A DNA stretch of 63,890 nucleotides, the filler included, from Octopus bimaculoides (lineage: Eukaryota): the NCBI RefSeq assembly GCF_001194135.2. It is 5 parts of 5 records of this genome, joined end to end, with 100 filler letters (N's around TTAATTAATTAA, not from the genome) between each part and the next. Parts side by side here need not be neighbours in the genome. Positions count along the whole stretch, not along the records: positions 1 to 28,395 come from NC_069008.1; 4 more parts are not named here. One strand, given 5' to 3'. Positions 12,001 to 22,942 of this stretch are shown piece after piece. The notes under the pieces are model-generated. The model ran no database searches. It was not told the origin of the DNA and saw only the letters and a program-made list of their open reading frames with translations. Positions within the stretch are counted from its first letter, which is position 1. Each line of letters opens with the position of its first letter. Position numbers and translations under genes: made by a program.

Positions 12001-14503
12001 TAGTAACAATTAATAGCTTTTGTGTTTTCTTGTCTATAAATAATGATTTCACTACAAAAGGGATATTAATTCTATGAATTATTGCAACTTGATTATGATA
12101 ATTGATGGCTAAAATATCTAAATGTGATGGTTTATCACAATAACAAACAATTTCACCTTCACCCATCTTACACACCCGTACATAAGGCTGCCTTAATGAT
12201 ACGCTTCTCACTGTCTTTGATAGGTTTCCAATGACCCTTAATTGTTTCTGTAGGGGTAATGTGACACCTATTTGATGAGAATCCCATCGACATATATCCG
12301 TAGCTGGAGACGGCAGAGATAATCTCGACACAATGTCTCCTTCATTAGAAATGTATAACAAGCAATCATGGTTGATGTCGGACACCACCAACTGTCCATT
12401 ATCCAGATTACATATTTCGCCAATGACAAGTTTTTTGTCATTCTCCTTTTCTTTGAGTCGTAGATTTAGATTTCTGATATAAGGATTTTTCAGGTGTAAA
12501 CAACAGCCAGACGACCGGTCCTGATACTTGTAAAGAAGGACCCTGTTGAGTTGAGTGTCCGGTAGATAAACAGTCCCTTGGAAAACAGCAATGTGAGGGT
12601 GAACAGGGAAAGGCAGTTGCCACTGCCATTTCATTTCTCCATATATATCATAACATATCAGAATAGAGTCTCTCTTGAACAGAAGATAAAAATAAACATT
12701 ATCAGAGTAGATGTGATGGGGGTAGCCATAGAATGGAAGGTATTTTTGAAAAAGTTCTTCACCACATGTGGAATAAAATACTAGTTTATGTTTGCTTCCA
12801 TCTACGACTACAAAATTAATTGGAGTTGCAGCAATGGTGACATTAGAATGTCCCAGAGAAATTCTTTCAATAATGTCAACTTTATCTTCGTTGATCAATA
12901 GGATATGGATCTCATTTTTGTTTTCAGTGGTGGTCACAGCTAAACACTTATTTGATACAATATGACATATTTTAGTGTAATTAGTGTGGACCTTTATTAA
13001 AGGGCCTTCGGTTAATTCAGGACAGGTGATATACTGAAGTCTGTTCATTTCAGGATAAAATACCAGGAATTTGTTTGTGTTTATTCTACAATAGAAAGAA
13101 GGAAGCTCAAGGAAAGTTAAATCATTTTGGCTAATTATTTCCCCAGTCTCAGTGAATAATATAGTTTTCTTATTCCTGTAGATGATTAATATAGAAGATG
13201 TAGACATGGGTAGAATATTTGTAATGTTGTTGCTATCCTGAATATAAATATAGTCTTTCAAACTGGGGGTAGGTAGCTGGTGGTTGCATGACAGTTTGGG
13301 CCAAAAGTCTTTATTTGTTTCAATGGCATGTGGTTTGCCAAAATAATCTGTTACCAAAATGGCATCTGTACCAACAGAAATAGAACGGCAGTTCCTGCCA
13401 ATGTCACTCTGTATCACACCACCTGTAGCTGAAATTCTATAGATAATATGTCCCTGGAGGACATAGAAATGTTTTTGGGAGAAAGTGATTTCAGCTGCTA
13501 AATCCAGAGAATGGATCTCTACCTCAAATAACTGATGGCCATCCAGTTCATAACAGGTAACTATGTTACTATTGGAAAATGATATTAATAACTTAGCCCT
13601 TTGGCCTACAGCAATAGCTGCAGGTATTTCTTTGGTAATGAATTGCTTTGTAATTCTATTATGAAGCCAGTCTACAAAGTATATTGTTCTACTGAACATT
13701 TCCACTCCTACAAGTGAAAAATGCTCTAAGTAAGATACCTTATACAATGCTATTGGGAGTCTTTGTGTCTTAAAACTGAAGGGGTTGATAATAAGTATTA
13801 TGCGTCTAAAAGGGAGGGTTGCTAACACTGTGTCTAGGGCAATCCTGGTAAAATCAGTAACAGGAGAAGGGCAATGAACATCATTTCTGTCACCATCTCT
13901 TGTCATACAAAATATTGTCATACAATGGTGGGAATATGTTATTATTCCCCCTTGTATGACAACAATATTGGATATCGTGTAGTTGACAAATTCATCGCCA
14001 GATTCATCAATGTTTGTTTCTCTGGTCACAACTGGACAAAGAGGTCGAAATTTGTTTGTTATGTTTGGTGGTTCAATGGTCTTGTAGTTGTATGGGTTAC
14101 AGGTGACATAAATATCAAAAAGTCTTTGTTGAAACCAATCAAGATTTTGGTGAACAAAATCGTTATGTTGTTTTGTAAATTGATGAAATATTAGCATTTT
14201 ACATTTGATATTATGCAAAATACTAGATCCATCTAAACCCATAGACTCAAAGTGATTGCATTTATCCTTTACATAATCTATAAACGTACTGATGTGGTCT
14301 GTTTTTATTATTGTTAGATAACACGTTGCAATATGAAGGAAAATTGGTAATATAGATATTTCTTGTTCTTCAGTTTTCCTTGGGTTTTGTGTATGTCTTA
14401 TTTGGGGAAGAATTTGTGTAGTTTTCTGATAAATTGCTGTTGTATCACAGACTGTGGCATGAATGAGAGCCATCATTTTGTTTTCTTCATTAATCTTCTC
14501 CAT
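9095..14503 (-). CDS. Single-coding-exon 1802-aa protein: ~170-aa helical N-terminus plus about six tandem NHL-like (6-bladed) beta-propeller modules; uncharacterised
   Basis: 5.4-kb stop-free ORF in very AT-rich DNA. ATG at 14503 in context AAAATGG with an in-frame TAA at 14519-14521; stop TAA at 9095-9097. A two-blade motif recurs at residues ~177, 427, 694, 982, 1274 and 1496 (e.g. IGEICNLDNGQLVVSDINHDCLLYISNEGDIVSRLSLPSPATDICRWDSHQIGVTLP; VKDIDISDEGKTVVCEKANNGNIKIFEEDGKLL). No obvious signal peptide or TM segment. Confidence 0.9.
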   Translation of the reverse strand: MEKINEENKMMALIHATVCDTTAIYQKTTQILPQIRHTQNPRKTEEQEISILPIFLHIATCYLTIIKTDHISTFIDYVKDKCNHFESMGLDGSSILHNIKCKMLIFHQFTKQHNDFVHQNLDWFQQRLFDIYVTCNPYNYKTIEPPNITNKFRPLCPVVTRETNIDESGDEFVNYTISNIVVIQGGIITYSHHCMTIFCMTRDGDRNDVHCPSPVTDFTRIALDTVLATLPFRRIILIINPFSFKTQRLPIALYKVSYLEHFSLVGVEMFSRTIYFVDWLHNRITKQFITKEIPAAIAVGQRAKLLISFSNSNIVTCYELDGHQLFEVEIHSLDLAAEITFSQKHFYVLQGHIIYRISATGGVIQSDIGRNCRSISVGTDAILVTDYFGKPHAIETNKDFWPKLSCNHQLPTPSLKDYIYIQDSNNITNILPMSTSSILIIYRNKKTILFTETGEIISQNDLTFLELPSFYCRINTNKFLVFYPEMNRLQYITCPELTEGPLIKVHTNYTKICHIVSNKCLAVTTTENKNEIHILLINEDKVDIIERISLGHSNVTIAATPINFVVVDGSKHKLVFYSTCGEELFQKYLPFYGYPHHIYSDNVYFYLLFKRDSILICYDIYGEMKWQWQLPFPVHPHIAVFQGTVYLPDTQLNRVLLYKYQDRSSGCCLHLKNPYIRNLNLRLKEKENDKKLVIGEICNLDNGQLVVSDINHDCLLYISNEGDIVSRLSLPSPATDICRWDSHQIGVTLPLQKQLRVIGNLSKTVRSVSLRQPYVRVCKMGEGEIVCYCDKPSHLDILAINYHNQVAIIHRINIPFVVKSLFIDKKTQKLLIVTRGKAFQYNTRIDIGRRLHSIEIPFKVSVSQTESCLVHLGHQRRYCIKMVPSVLLSQVKCPSNLNGGSIDEMFVYLIDNCRMFAINNHNLWVNDLVTNNQLNIYIDLVDVFSRNICVSEMLSSTLYLQNLTVSDKGRHIRLPGETLLVLTCCLVITENNVIVVGDGMNRNIKIFTFDGELLDSIKFNAFPLMMMFRWQSDTIVITTLGPHVKKYQLWTLKLEFPLSLVIYHTKNKYKYIASLSNSQLVCSRWVDDRSLYFIDIDEIHSTVNAIRRINIPNTLLSRYKENGRIYMNDIQDIAVTADDDIIVLNKRFIIFFNSDGQCLHSVRHYMGYYEDYFNMMTIDESYLYIYGEWEKYFGLTEYDKIVCLTQTGEYSRIFLNKRIYKEVVDFSSINCKGSRFVGAHKMRFNELYVEGSFMLNREKFSVCRLQTDNCTVQVKDIDISDEGKTVVCEKANNGNIKIFEEDGKLLCYRNVASLVGGVCFTRERDIMATVPNRQEIFQLNGKDLEKCKVWECQVPYGVIWRKVRNIYWCVHINLIECHCIKLDGDQVNILESLTLLNLDSGLHFPSIINQMNKEIFSNELVNKLKYNGEERSKPGEIIGKGGLKVRCWNYIADSMSGIDEISVRRMPHRTAMVPLSIPTFYEPVNYDYLNISDQNSKLIKLNDNVSVLMFRESVTLIGTITGDILQHKQFPKQQQPLGICQWTDECFIVTFGKEMMAFNRDLYCLKAIKTEKYYNTIYKYNDNQLVCGGHYMRDITQDERDKNYTRKNYNNNIYYFCKDPDAYDCYYVDVVDMKDGKCKDEVCRGKTKIFRKLEGEALVVDVGVTSLGDVVVVRWEETMDNWCYATFVEWFRKKSLVRRIRLKGNHLGQEYNIDKAHLIAISEYVYITDRKNNIYQIPGHIELQTTEDIEILTSEDNQKYLLLRCDDNEVYEVLGFNISENSFMVFGIIPGRQSFAFFHYDK

Positions 14504-14617
14504 TTTATGAATATAGAATTATCTCTTTCTATTAAATATACTTTCTTCTCAGGAGTTTGTTGTCGTCCTTCAGAATAAAATTTCTCTCTTCACAATTCAA
14601 TGATTTTTATGCCAAAG

Positions 14618-14646
14618 CTGAAATAAAATGGAAACTTTATTAGTTC
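14618..14646 (-). promoter_or_regulatory. 3' splice acceptor of a 5'-UTR intron of the 1802-aa gene
   Basis: Minus strand reads gaaCTAATaaagtttccattttatttCAG|ctttgg: branch-point-like CTAAT, pyrimidine tract and AG about 115 nt upstream of the ATG. Confidence 0.65.
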
Positions 14647-15810
14647 TGTGAAAAGTTCTTGATAAGATAGTTTTTACTTCAATGTTTCAAACAATTTAGA
14701 GGAAAATACATATTTGATTAACTCTTTTGTTACAAACCTGGCTGAAACCGGCTCTGGCTCTGAGTACAAATGTCTTGTTTTCATAAGTTTTGAATTAAAA
14801 TCTTCCACCAAACTTCAGTCACAATTTATGTTCCTAACACTAGCTGAATGATAACTAAGTTATTTTATTAAATTCTTTGTTATATTTAAAGTAATTGAAA
14901 GAAACACAGAGCATCTCAAAATAAATACATGTATGAAAGGGTTAAGTTTACTAAACAAATTGTTTATTTTGCAGTTAAGAATACATTAAAACTATTTTCA
15001 ATAGCATAATCATTAGAAATAAAACTTGGAAGATGTAAGTACACTATTATATGTATTGACTGAATATAAGGAATGGTGAAAAGTTTTGTAGTAAGACAGA
15101 ATATAAGTATTACTAATGATTATATGTACTGGAAATGATGTGACTGTCATGGTTGGCTTGGTTTCCATCATATTTACCTAGATCAAGAGATATCAATAAA
15201 GCTGTAGATAAAACCTGACAAATGCTGTAAATCTCTGATTTTAATATAAGTCACAACATTGATAAACTCGGAAAGCTTATCAAAAGATTGGGTTTAATGT
15301 AATCCCACTGTCACACAGCACATTGAGAAGACCGTTATTATTTGTTCCTGCTTGAGATAATAAAGATTGGTACCAATGAGAAATATGTTTATGTGAAACA
15401 TATTTACGGTGGGTGAAGTGTGTTTTATTTTGTGTTAGGCAAGGAGATATAGCTGAGGTAGTGAGAGATCTGGGGTAATAAATATAATGAAAGGAGCTGA
15501 GTGCTGGGGAGAGACAAGCTGGTCTGCTGCTCCTGTCACTCGAAGGTGGTAGTGGTTCACTCCCTTGCTTGCAATATATCGAATGCAGGTTGCATTGCTA
15601 ACCAGCTAGAGGAGATGTCCCCTTGGGGTTAAAAATCACAGTAATGTCTGTTCCTACAGAACAACCACGTTGAGGTGGCAACAAACATTACTTATGTGTG
15701 TGTGTGTGTGTGTGTGCATGCATTTATGCACATAGGTATATGCATAAAATAGACATACAAACACATATTCACTCACCCATATATATGCATATACATACAT
15801 ATTTTTATAT

Positions 15811-16194
15811 GTTGTTGGCACTCCGTCGCTTACGACGCCGAGTGTTCCAGTTGATCCGATCAACGGAACAGCCTGCTCGTGAAATTAACGTGCAAGTGGC
15901 TGAGCACTCCACAGACGCGTGTACCCTTCACGTAGTCCTCGGGGATATTCAGCGTGACACAGTGTGACAAGGCTGACCCTTTGAATTAAAGGCACAACAG
16001 AAACAGGAAGTAACAGTGAGAGAAAGTTGTGGTGGAAGAGTACAGCAGGGTTCGCCACCATCCCCTGCCGGAGCCTCATGGAGCTTTAGGTGTTTTCGCT
16101 CAACAAACACTCACAACACCCGGTCTGGGAATTGAAACTGCGATCCTATGACCGCGAGTCCGCTGCCCTAACTACTGGGCCATTGTGCCTCCAC
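15811..16194 (-). mobile_element. tRNA-headed SINE, family C, full length
   Basis: Head on minus strand gtggaggcacaatggcccagtagttagggcagcggac..gtttcaattccc (A and B boxes); 14-bp TSD acatatttttatat (15797-15810 and 16195-16208). Confidence 0.85.
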
Positions 16195-16684
16195 ACATAT
16201 TTTTATATATGCATTTATAAATGGCGACTTGTATACGTACTCACTTGGTCTTGATATATATTTATAAATTGATTAATTTAACCTTAAATGGTTGATTGCA
16301 TGCTAACTTAATTTTTAAAATATATATGCATATAGACATAAACACAGTTATACACACATGAATATACACACACACACATATACCATAGGCTTAATCAGTT
16401 CCATTTATGAAATCCACTCACAAGGCTTGAGTCAACCAGAAATATTAGAGGAATTTACCTCTTTAAGGTGCTGTAAAGTCAGGACCCTTCTCTCATTGAC
16501 AAAGCTTTTAAAAAATGCAGTTTATAAAAAACAACCAGTTAATTTAACAGCCATAAAATTGATTTAGAAATTCTAAATTTCACTTGAGAATTAGAAATCC
16601 ACTGTAAACTATCTAAAATACTGTATCATTAGAAGAATATTTCCATTCCTATAATTTCCATCAAATAATCTTTACATATTGTAA

Positions 16685-17402
16685 AATATATTTGCCAACT
16701 AAATGTGTTGGTTCGATAGAGGATGATGTTACTGCTGTTTTTAGCCCCAGGAAGACATCTCCAGTTGGCTAACAGCACACTGCCTGTGTCTGATTAGTAT
16801 TTGTGAGGGGAGGTCATTGCTCCCATCTCTAACTTTACGTTATGTTGGCACTCCGTCGCTTACGAGGTCGAGGGTTCTAGTTGATCCGATCAACGGAACA
16901 GCCTGCTCGTGAAATTAACGTGCAAGTGGCTGAGCACTCCACAGACACGTGTACCCTTAACGTAGTTCTCGGGGATATTCAGCGTGACGCAGAGTGTGAC
17001 AAGGCTGACCCTTTGAATTACAGGCACAACAGAAACAGGCAGAAAGAGTGAGAGAAAGTTGTGGTGAAAGAGTACAGCAGGGTTCGTCACCATCCCCTGG
17101 CGGAGCCTCGGGGAGCTTTAGGTGTTTTCGCTCAATAAACACTCAACGAAACCGCGATCCTATGACCGTGAGTCTGCTGCTCTAACCACTGGGCCATTGC
17201 GCCTCCACAACCTTACGTTATACACAGAACAGATTTTGTATGTATCACATAAGGCGAGAGATGGGAGAAATGACCTGCCCACACAAATACTAATCAGACA
17301 CAGACAGCGTTTTGTTAGCCAACTGGAGATGTCTTCCTGGGGCTAAAAACAGCAGTAACATCATCCTCTATGGGACCACCACATTGAGTTGGCAAATATA
17401 TT
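16685..17402. mobile_element. Foldback/MITE-like element with ~146-bp inverted arms and a SINE inserted in its spacer
   Basis: 16685-16830 is the reverse complement of 17257-17402 (about 90% identical by eye). A diverged relative of the arm lies at ~15590-15655. Confidence 0.8.
16843..17208 (-). mobile_element. SINE family C
   Basis: Near-identical to 15811-16194; 12-bp TSD aac(t/c)ttacgtta (16831-16842 and 17209-17220). Confidence 0.85.
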
Positions 17403-17800
17403 CTATGATTCTGTACTGTTAATGTTTACCTCTTGCTCAAAGATTTAATATAGTTTTTGCATAATTATAACCAAACTATACTTTATACTATATTCTGGAA
17501 ATGAAATGTTTTACTTGTAATGTAACACTGTAAAATGATATAACAGTATCTAGTTTATAAAATACTGCCGGAAAATTAAACAATTTTCAATATAACAGTA
17601 TGTCTATGTCTGAAATAATTATAATGTGTTACTATATTGCTAATTAAAATAATTACCAGAATAATACTTACTAGAGTCAATAATTGTGTTTGAATTTCAG
17701 CCTGAAGTCTTTCTCTCTGTGAATTGATTTTAAAAAATGACAAAATGTGATAATTGCAAGTCTTTTTATAAGTAACAGGAAGAAGTGGGCGTTAATATCT

Positions 17801-17841
<41 letters not shown>

Positions 17842-19017
17842 TTCGCTCACAATCTATCATGTATTTTATCTCGTAGATAAATAATAAACTCTAGGCGTTA
17901 TACATGTATGTCTGTATGTTATGTATGCATATATATATAGATGTGTGTGTGTGTATATNNNNNNNNNNNNNNNNNNNNNNNNNNNNNNNNNNNNNNNNNN
18001 NNNNNNNNNNNNNNNNNNNNNNNNNNNNNNNNNNNNNNNNNNNNNNNNNNNNNNNNNNNNNNNNNNNNNNNNNNNNNNNNNNNNNNNNNNNNNNNNNNNN
18101 NNNNNNNNNNNNNNNNNNNNNNNNNNNNNNNNNNNNNNNNNNNNNNNNNNNNNNNNNNNNNNNNNNNNNNNNNNNNNNNNNNNNNNNNNNNNNNNNNNNN
18201 NNNNNNNNNNNNNNNNNNNNNNNNNNNNNNNNNNNNNNNNNNNNNNNNNNNNNNNNNNNNNNNNNNNNNNNNNNNNNNNNNNNNNNNNNNNNNTACCCAT
18301 ATACATGTATATGTGTCCCATATGAATATTTGTATTTGTCAGTGTGCTGGGTTCCCACGGCAGGTAAAAAGAGAAAAATACTTGGAAATCCGCATACACA
18401 TTCTCATATTTAAATCATCATCATCATCCAGTGTTCTAAATCCGGGTTTCGTCCCCGTTAACGGGGGTGGCTGGATCTACCTCAATGCCATAGCAACCGA
18501 GATAGGCAGGTGCAGCCCACCCCAACCTTTGGGCTGGTTGGGGCCCATTCTCCCTTGCTATCTTGAGGCTTTTTTGGAGCTGGATTTTCTACGGGGAGCA
18601 TGCCCTTACTTACCCCTAACCTCAGTTTCTAGACATGAGTGGTGCCGAGACCAAGGTTTCTATCACGATTTTTAAGAAATGTGGTGGAAAACTAGCACAA
18701 GAAGGCAGGGACACCACTCCCTGAGACCCCTTTCAGAGCCCCTCCTCCTACCTAAATGTACATGCATATGTTCATGTGTGTAGATGCATATGTATATCAA
18801 TACACATATAACATTTACACATATCTATAATATATTCAATGTGAGTGTGTGTCTGTGTGTATTGTATCTGCCTCCAGTCTAATTAAGCAACTGCTATAAT
18901 TAACAGTAATTAACATCCACATTCCAAGCTGGCATAGGTTGGATGGTTTGATTGAGGGTGCACCAGGCTCCAATCCGATCTGGCAGAGTTTCTACAGCTG
19001 AATGCCCTTCCTAACGC

Positions 19018-19058
<41 letters not shown>

Positions 19059-20164
19059 ATGACCACTAAGTGGACATTTAATGTGCTAGAAGAAGATCAC
19101 AAGTTGTCTCTACTAAGACCTAATAATTCTCTGAGATCTCAGATATTTTTTCTGAATCCGTCTGATTCTTTCAATGTGCTAGCTTCCTGGTAATAAATCG
19201 ATATTAATTAATATCTGATTTTTTACCCTATGTTTTAATTTGATTATATATATATATATATATTTGGAGTGGTGTTTTTCAAGTTGTGTGTGTGTAATAT
19301 GGTGAAATATCTAATACATATATGAACGAAAACTGTATGTGTATGTATGTATATCTATGTGGGTCTGTTTCTATGTATTTATGTATGTTTGTATGCATGC
19401 GAATGCATATATATANNNNNNNNNNNNNNNNNNNNNNNNNNNNNNNNNNNNNNNNNNNNNNNNNNNNNNNNNNNNNNNNNNNNNNNNNNNNNNNNNNNNN
19501 NNNNNNNNNNNNNNNNNNNNNNNNNNNNNNNNNNNNNNNNNNNNNNNNNNNNNNNNNNNNNNNNNNNNNNNNNNNNNNNNNNNNNNNNNNNNNNNNNNNN
19601 NNNNNNNNNNNNNNNNNNNNNNNNNNNNNNNNNNNNNNNNNNNNNNNNNNNNNNNNNNNNNNNNNNNNNNNNNNNNNNNNNNNNNNNNNNNNNNNNNNNN
19701 NNNNNNNNNNNNNNNNNNNNNNNNNNNNNNNNNNNNNNNNNNNNNNNNNNNNNNNNNNNNNNNNNNNNNNNNNNNNNNNNNNNNNNNNNNNNNNNNNNNN
19801 NNNNNNNNNNNNNNNNNNNNNNNNNNNNNNNNNNNNNNNNNNNNNNNNNNNNNNNNNNNNNNNNNNNNNNNNNNNNNNNNNNNNNNNNNNNNNNNNNNNN
19901 NNNNNNNNNNNNNNNNNNNNNNNNNNNNNNNNNNNNNNNNNNNNNNNNNNNNNNNNNNNNNNNNNNNNNNNNNNNNNNNNNNNNNNNNNNNNNNNNNNNN
20001 NNNNNNNNNNNNNNNNNNNNNNNNNNNNNNNNNNNNNNNNNNNNNNNNNNNNNNNNNNNNNNNNNNNNNNNNNNNNNNNNNNNNNNNNNNNNNNNNNNNN
20101 NNNNNNNNNNNNNNNNNNNNNNNNNNNNNNNNNNNNNNNNNNCATACAAAGCAAAATCGTGAAG

Positions 20165-20520
20165 GCACCTGTGCCCAGCATTGCCTTTCTGGCACTTGTG
20201 CCCGCGGCATGTGTAAGGACTTTCGAGCGAGATCGTTGCCAGTGCCCTTAGACTGGCTCTTGTGCAGGTGGCACGTAAAATACACCATTTTTAGCATGGC
20301 CATTGCCAGTACCGCTTGACTGGCCTTCGTGCCGGTGGCACGTAAAAGCACCCACTACACTCTCGGAGTGGTTGGCGTTAGGAAGGGCATCCAGCTGTAG
20401 AAACTCTGCCAAATTTAGATTGGAGCCTGGTGTTGCCATCCGGTTTCACCAGTCCTCAGTCAAATCGTCCAACCCATGCTAGCATGGAAAGCGGACATTA
20501 AACGATGATGATGATGATGA
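20165..20520 (+). mobile_element. Retroposon with (GAT)n tail, probably RTE-related; related tails at 18412-18740 (-) and 18915-19018 (-)
   Basis: ggagtggttggcgttaggaagggcatccagctgtagaaac..tccaacccatgctagcatggaaagcggacattaaacgatgatgatg, with internal tandem gtggcacgtaaaa units. Confidence 0.6.
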
Positions 20521-20559
20521 ATTTGGTGGTTTACATCACAGATGTAAATGACTGTGGAT

Positions 20560-21150
20560 CTTGAACATCAATAACTGACTATGGCTGTTCTTGTTGTTCA
20601 GTGCACTTAAAAAACTGGTTGAGAGTTCCTTGAGCTGTCTTCTTTTCCTCAAGGATTACATTATAAGAAACAAAAGCTACGTGACAAGCGCCCATAATCT
20701 TGGGAAAGCATTGAGCATTTGGATCTGTATCCTCGAACATAGAAAGACCTTTGTTGATATATGCAAATGCTTGCTGCATTTTCTTAATAGTAAAGTGACG
20801 TGGCTCAGGTTCAACTTCCCCTTCTTTATGTTACTGCTTGTGAAGCTCTATCAAATCCTCATTCATGAGGAGTTGCTTGTCTTTTTCAAATAAATCTATA
20901 AAATCCTCCTCCTCCAAATCCATTTCCAGTTCTTTGCTTGTAGTCACCAACGTTTTGTTGATGGTAACATTATGAAACCTCTTAAAATCTTTCACAAATT
21001 GTGGGCATACCTTCTTCCATACACCATTCATAGCCATGTTCTCTACATCATTCCATGCCTGCTCCTATGTTCTGTACAGCCTTGTAGATATCGTATCTCT
21101 TCCATAAGTCACAAAGTGTGATGGACACATCAAGATCAGTTGCAGTTATT
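20560..21150 (-). mobile_element. Tigger/pogo transposase C-terminal fragment
   Basis: DLWKRYDIYKAVQNI..AWNDV..MNGVWKKVCPQFVKDF..LMNEDLIEL; AFAYINKGLSMFEDTDPN..SYNVILEEKK..TLNQFF, matching the Tigger1-type C-terminus. Confidence 0.8.
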
Positions 21151-21544
21151 GCTTGTCACAGCGTACGCTTCATATAGTAGCGCTTGAAGGTAGCAATTAT
21201 TCCCTTATCCATTGGCTGCAGAAGAGACGTGGAGTTCAGAGGGAGGTATACGAAAGTAATGTTAGGGTCACTACACTACTTTATGGTGTGTATCTTAACA
21301 TTTGCTGTACATATTTTAATATGATTTTATATGCTTTTATTCTTATTGTACAGTAACATATGTTTTTAATGGTTTTCTAGTGATTTTACGACTCAAATAT
21401 TTGTGGCGGACAGACATAAAGTCAAGTAAAATGACTTAACTCAATTTTTATTTTTCCATATATCATTTTTGAAAACTGACATATAATCAAGATCGACTTA
21501 TATATATTTGGGTGTGTCTCCAGTAGGGGCGACATCATATCACA

Positions 21545-21900
21545 CCACATCTTTAAATAGAGCATTGGGCTCATTTCAGATGACTGTGAAACTGCTGGAG
21601 ACTGTGGTCAAACGATGGCTCAAGAGGGATACTGCTGGAAGGCCATATGTATGGCAGCAGGATTCAACTCTTTGCCATAGTTCCTGAAAGAGTCAGCACC
21701 AATGTCTGACCTCTTAATTCCCCCAGTTGTAATTCCATGGTTTAGAAAGATACCAACTGCTCTGTCTGCCACACCAAGGCCGAGATGGTGGCAACTGTTA
21801 AGGACATGTTTGAAGATCTTCCCAGGCAGACAAATGAGGAATGCATGCATCGAGTTCCAGTGCCATCTTTATGCCGTGGTGGAAGCTAAATAAACTATTG
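21545..21900 (+). mobile_element. maT/DD37D-type Tc1-mariner fragment
   Basis: KLLETVVKRWLKRDTAGRPYVWQQDS..CHSS.KSQ, and a C-terminal part ending AVVEAK. Confidence 0.65.
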
Positions 21901-21949
21901 TCTCCCAGCCTTAAGCTAGGTGATATTTTGGATCAAAAAACATATTTTT

Positions 21950-22385
21950 ATTTTTGGATGGAATATTGCCTTGTTTCTTATTTTCCTTTTATTGTCCCTC
22001 ACAAGGTCACTTTTTCTCACCCACCTCCATCTCACCGATTTTCTCCACATTTGCTGGCTTGAGGTTCAATATCTTTGTTTTCTAGACTGGCTTGTCTCTA
22101 AGTCTGAAGTCAGTAACCCCTAACCTTTGTTGCATATTCTTCACAAAGGAAACACTATGCATTCTCAAGGATCTATCTATCCCATTTTCAAATGAGAATG
22201 TCGTCAGCCTAGCTTGTGAGTCCACCAGAATTATAGGTGACCAGTTGGCTGGTTAATTGGTTTCTTGAAATTAGCTTTGCAGATAATTGTTTTGCATCAT
22301 AAAACTCAAGCAGCCAGCTTCCATTTCCATTTCTCTACCTAAAGCCATAATCTTCATGTACATCCTAGTATCCATCTGAGAGCTG
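21950..22385 (-). mobile_element. RTE-clade LINE, AP-endonuclease fragment (decayed)
   Basis: Minus-strand translation with frameshifts: VRQLSDGY.DVHEDYGF..NGSWLLEF..ANFKK..VTYNSGG...DDILI. Confidence 0.6.
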
Positions 22386-22669
22386 CCTAACATAAGCCTT
22401 TAAACCACCAACACATCCAATGGCTTTGAGCCTTTCATGTTGTGTGAAATAAGAGATGCCTTACTTAAAAAACGTGTGAAAGGACATCCAGCTGTAAAAG
22501 AATGTCATAATAATATGTTCAATTTACTCGTGAGAGCATATAAGAACAGCAACACGAAAACAAGCATTCAGACACATACAAACACAGAAACGTTATTTAT
22601 ATATCTGCTAAAAGACATGGACACACGCACATTACTTTCAAATTTTATATGATGCTACATGGGTTAGAC

Positions 22670-22942
22670 CAGGGATTTTGAAACTTTTTGACTTGCGGAC
22701 CCCTTTATATTTCAGGCTTTACCTTAGGGACCCCCTTATAAACGCTTATGAAATTTATACATAAATATTTGCTTAAAATAACATATTTTTACAATTATTT
22801 ATTTAACAGTATTTAACAAATAGGTTTATTGTCAATTAAAAGATTTCGATTAAAAAACATATATAAAATCAAATTACCCATAAAAAGCATTTGTTGTCCA
22901 CGGACCCCCTGTGGTCCGTGGACCACAGTTTGAAAACCCCTG
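22670..22942. mobile_element. hAT (Charlie-like) MITE, 273 bp
   Basis: TIRs CAGGGATTTTGAAAC / GTTTGAAAACCCCTG; perfect 8-bp TSD GGTTAGAC (22662-22669 and 22943-22950); subterminal ggtccgtggaccacagtttg. Confidence 0.9.

Noticed and set aside
10346-14578. Short ORFs overlapping the 1802-aa gene (10346, 10801, 11403, 12438, 12578, 13874, 14363)
   Set aside because: Alternative-frame or antisense by-products of a long coding region; no independent evidence.
15885-16079. Recurrent small ORF PAVLFHHNFLSL..VTLCH (also 16890, 22975, 26172, 33841) resembling a peptide gene family
   Set aside because: All copies lie inside family C SINEs.
16090-16194. tRNA-like A/B-box sequences at SINE heads
   Set aside because: They are attached to SINE bodies with TSDs and no full cloverleaf or acceptor stem is evident; not called as tRNA genes.
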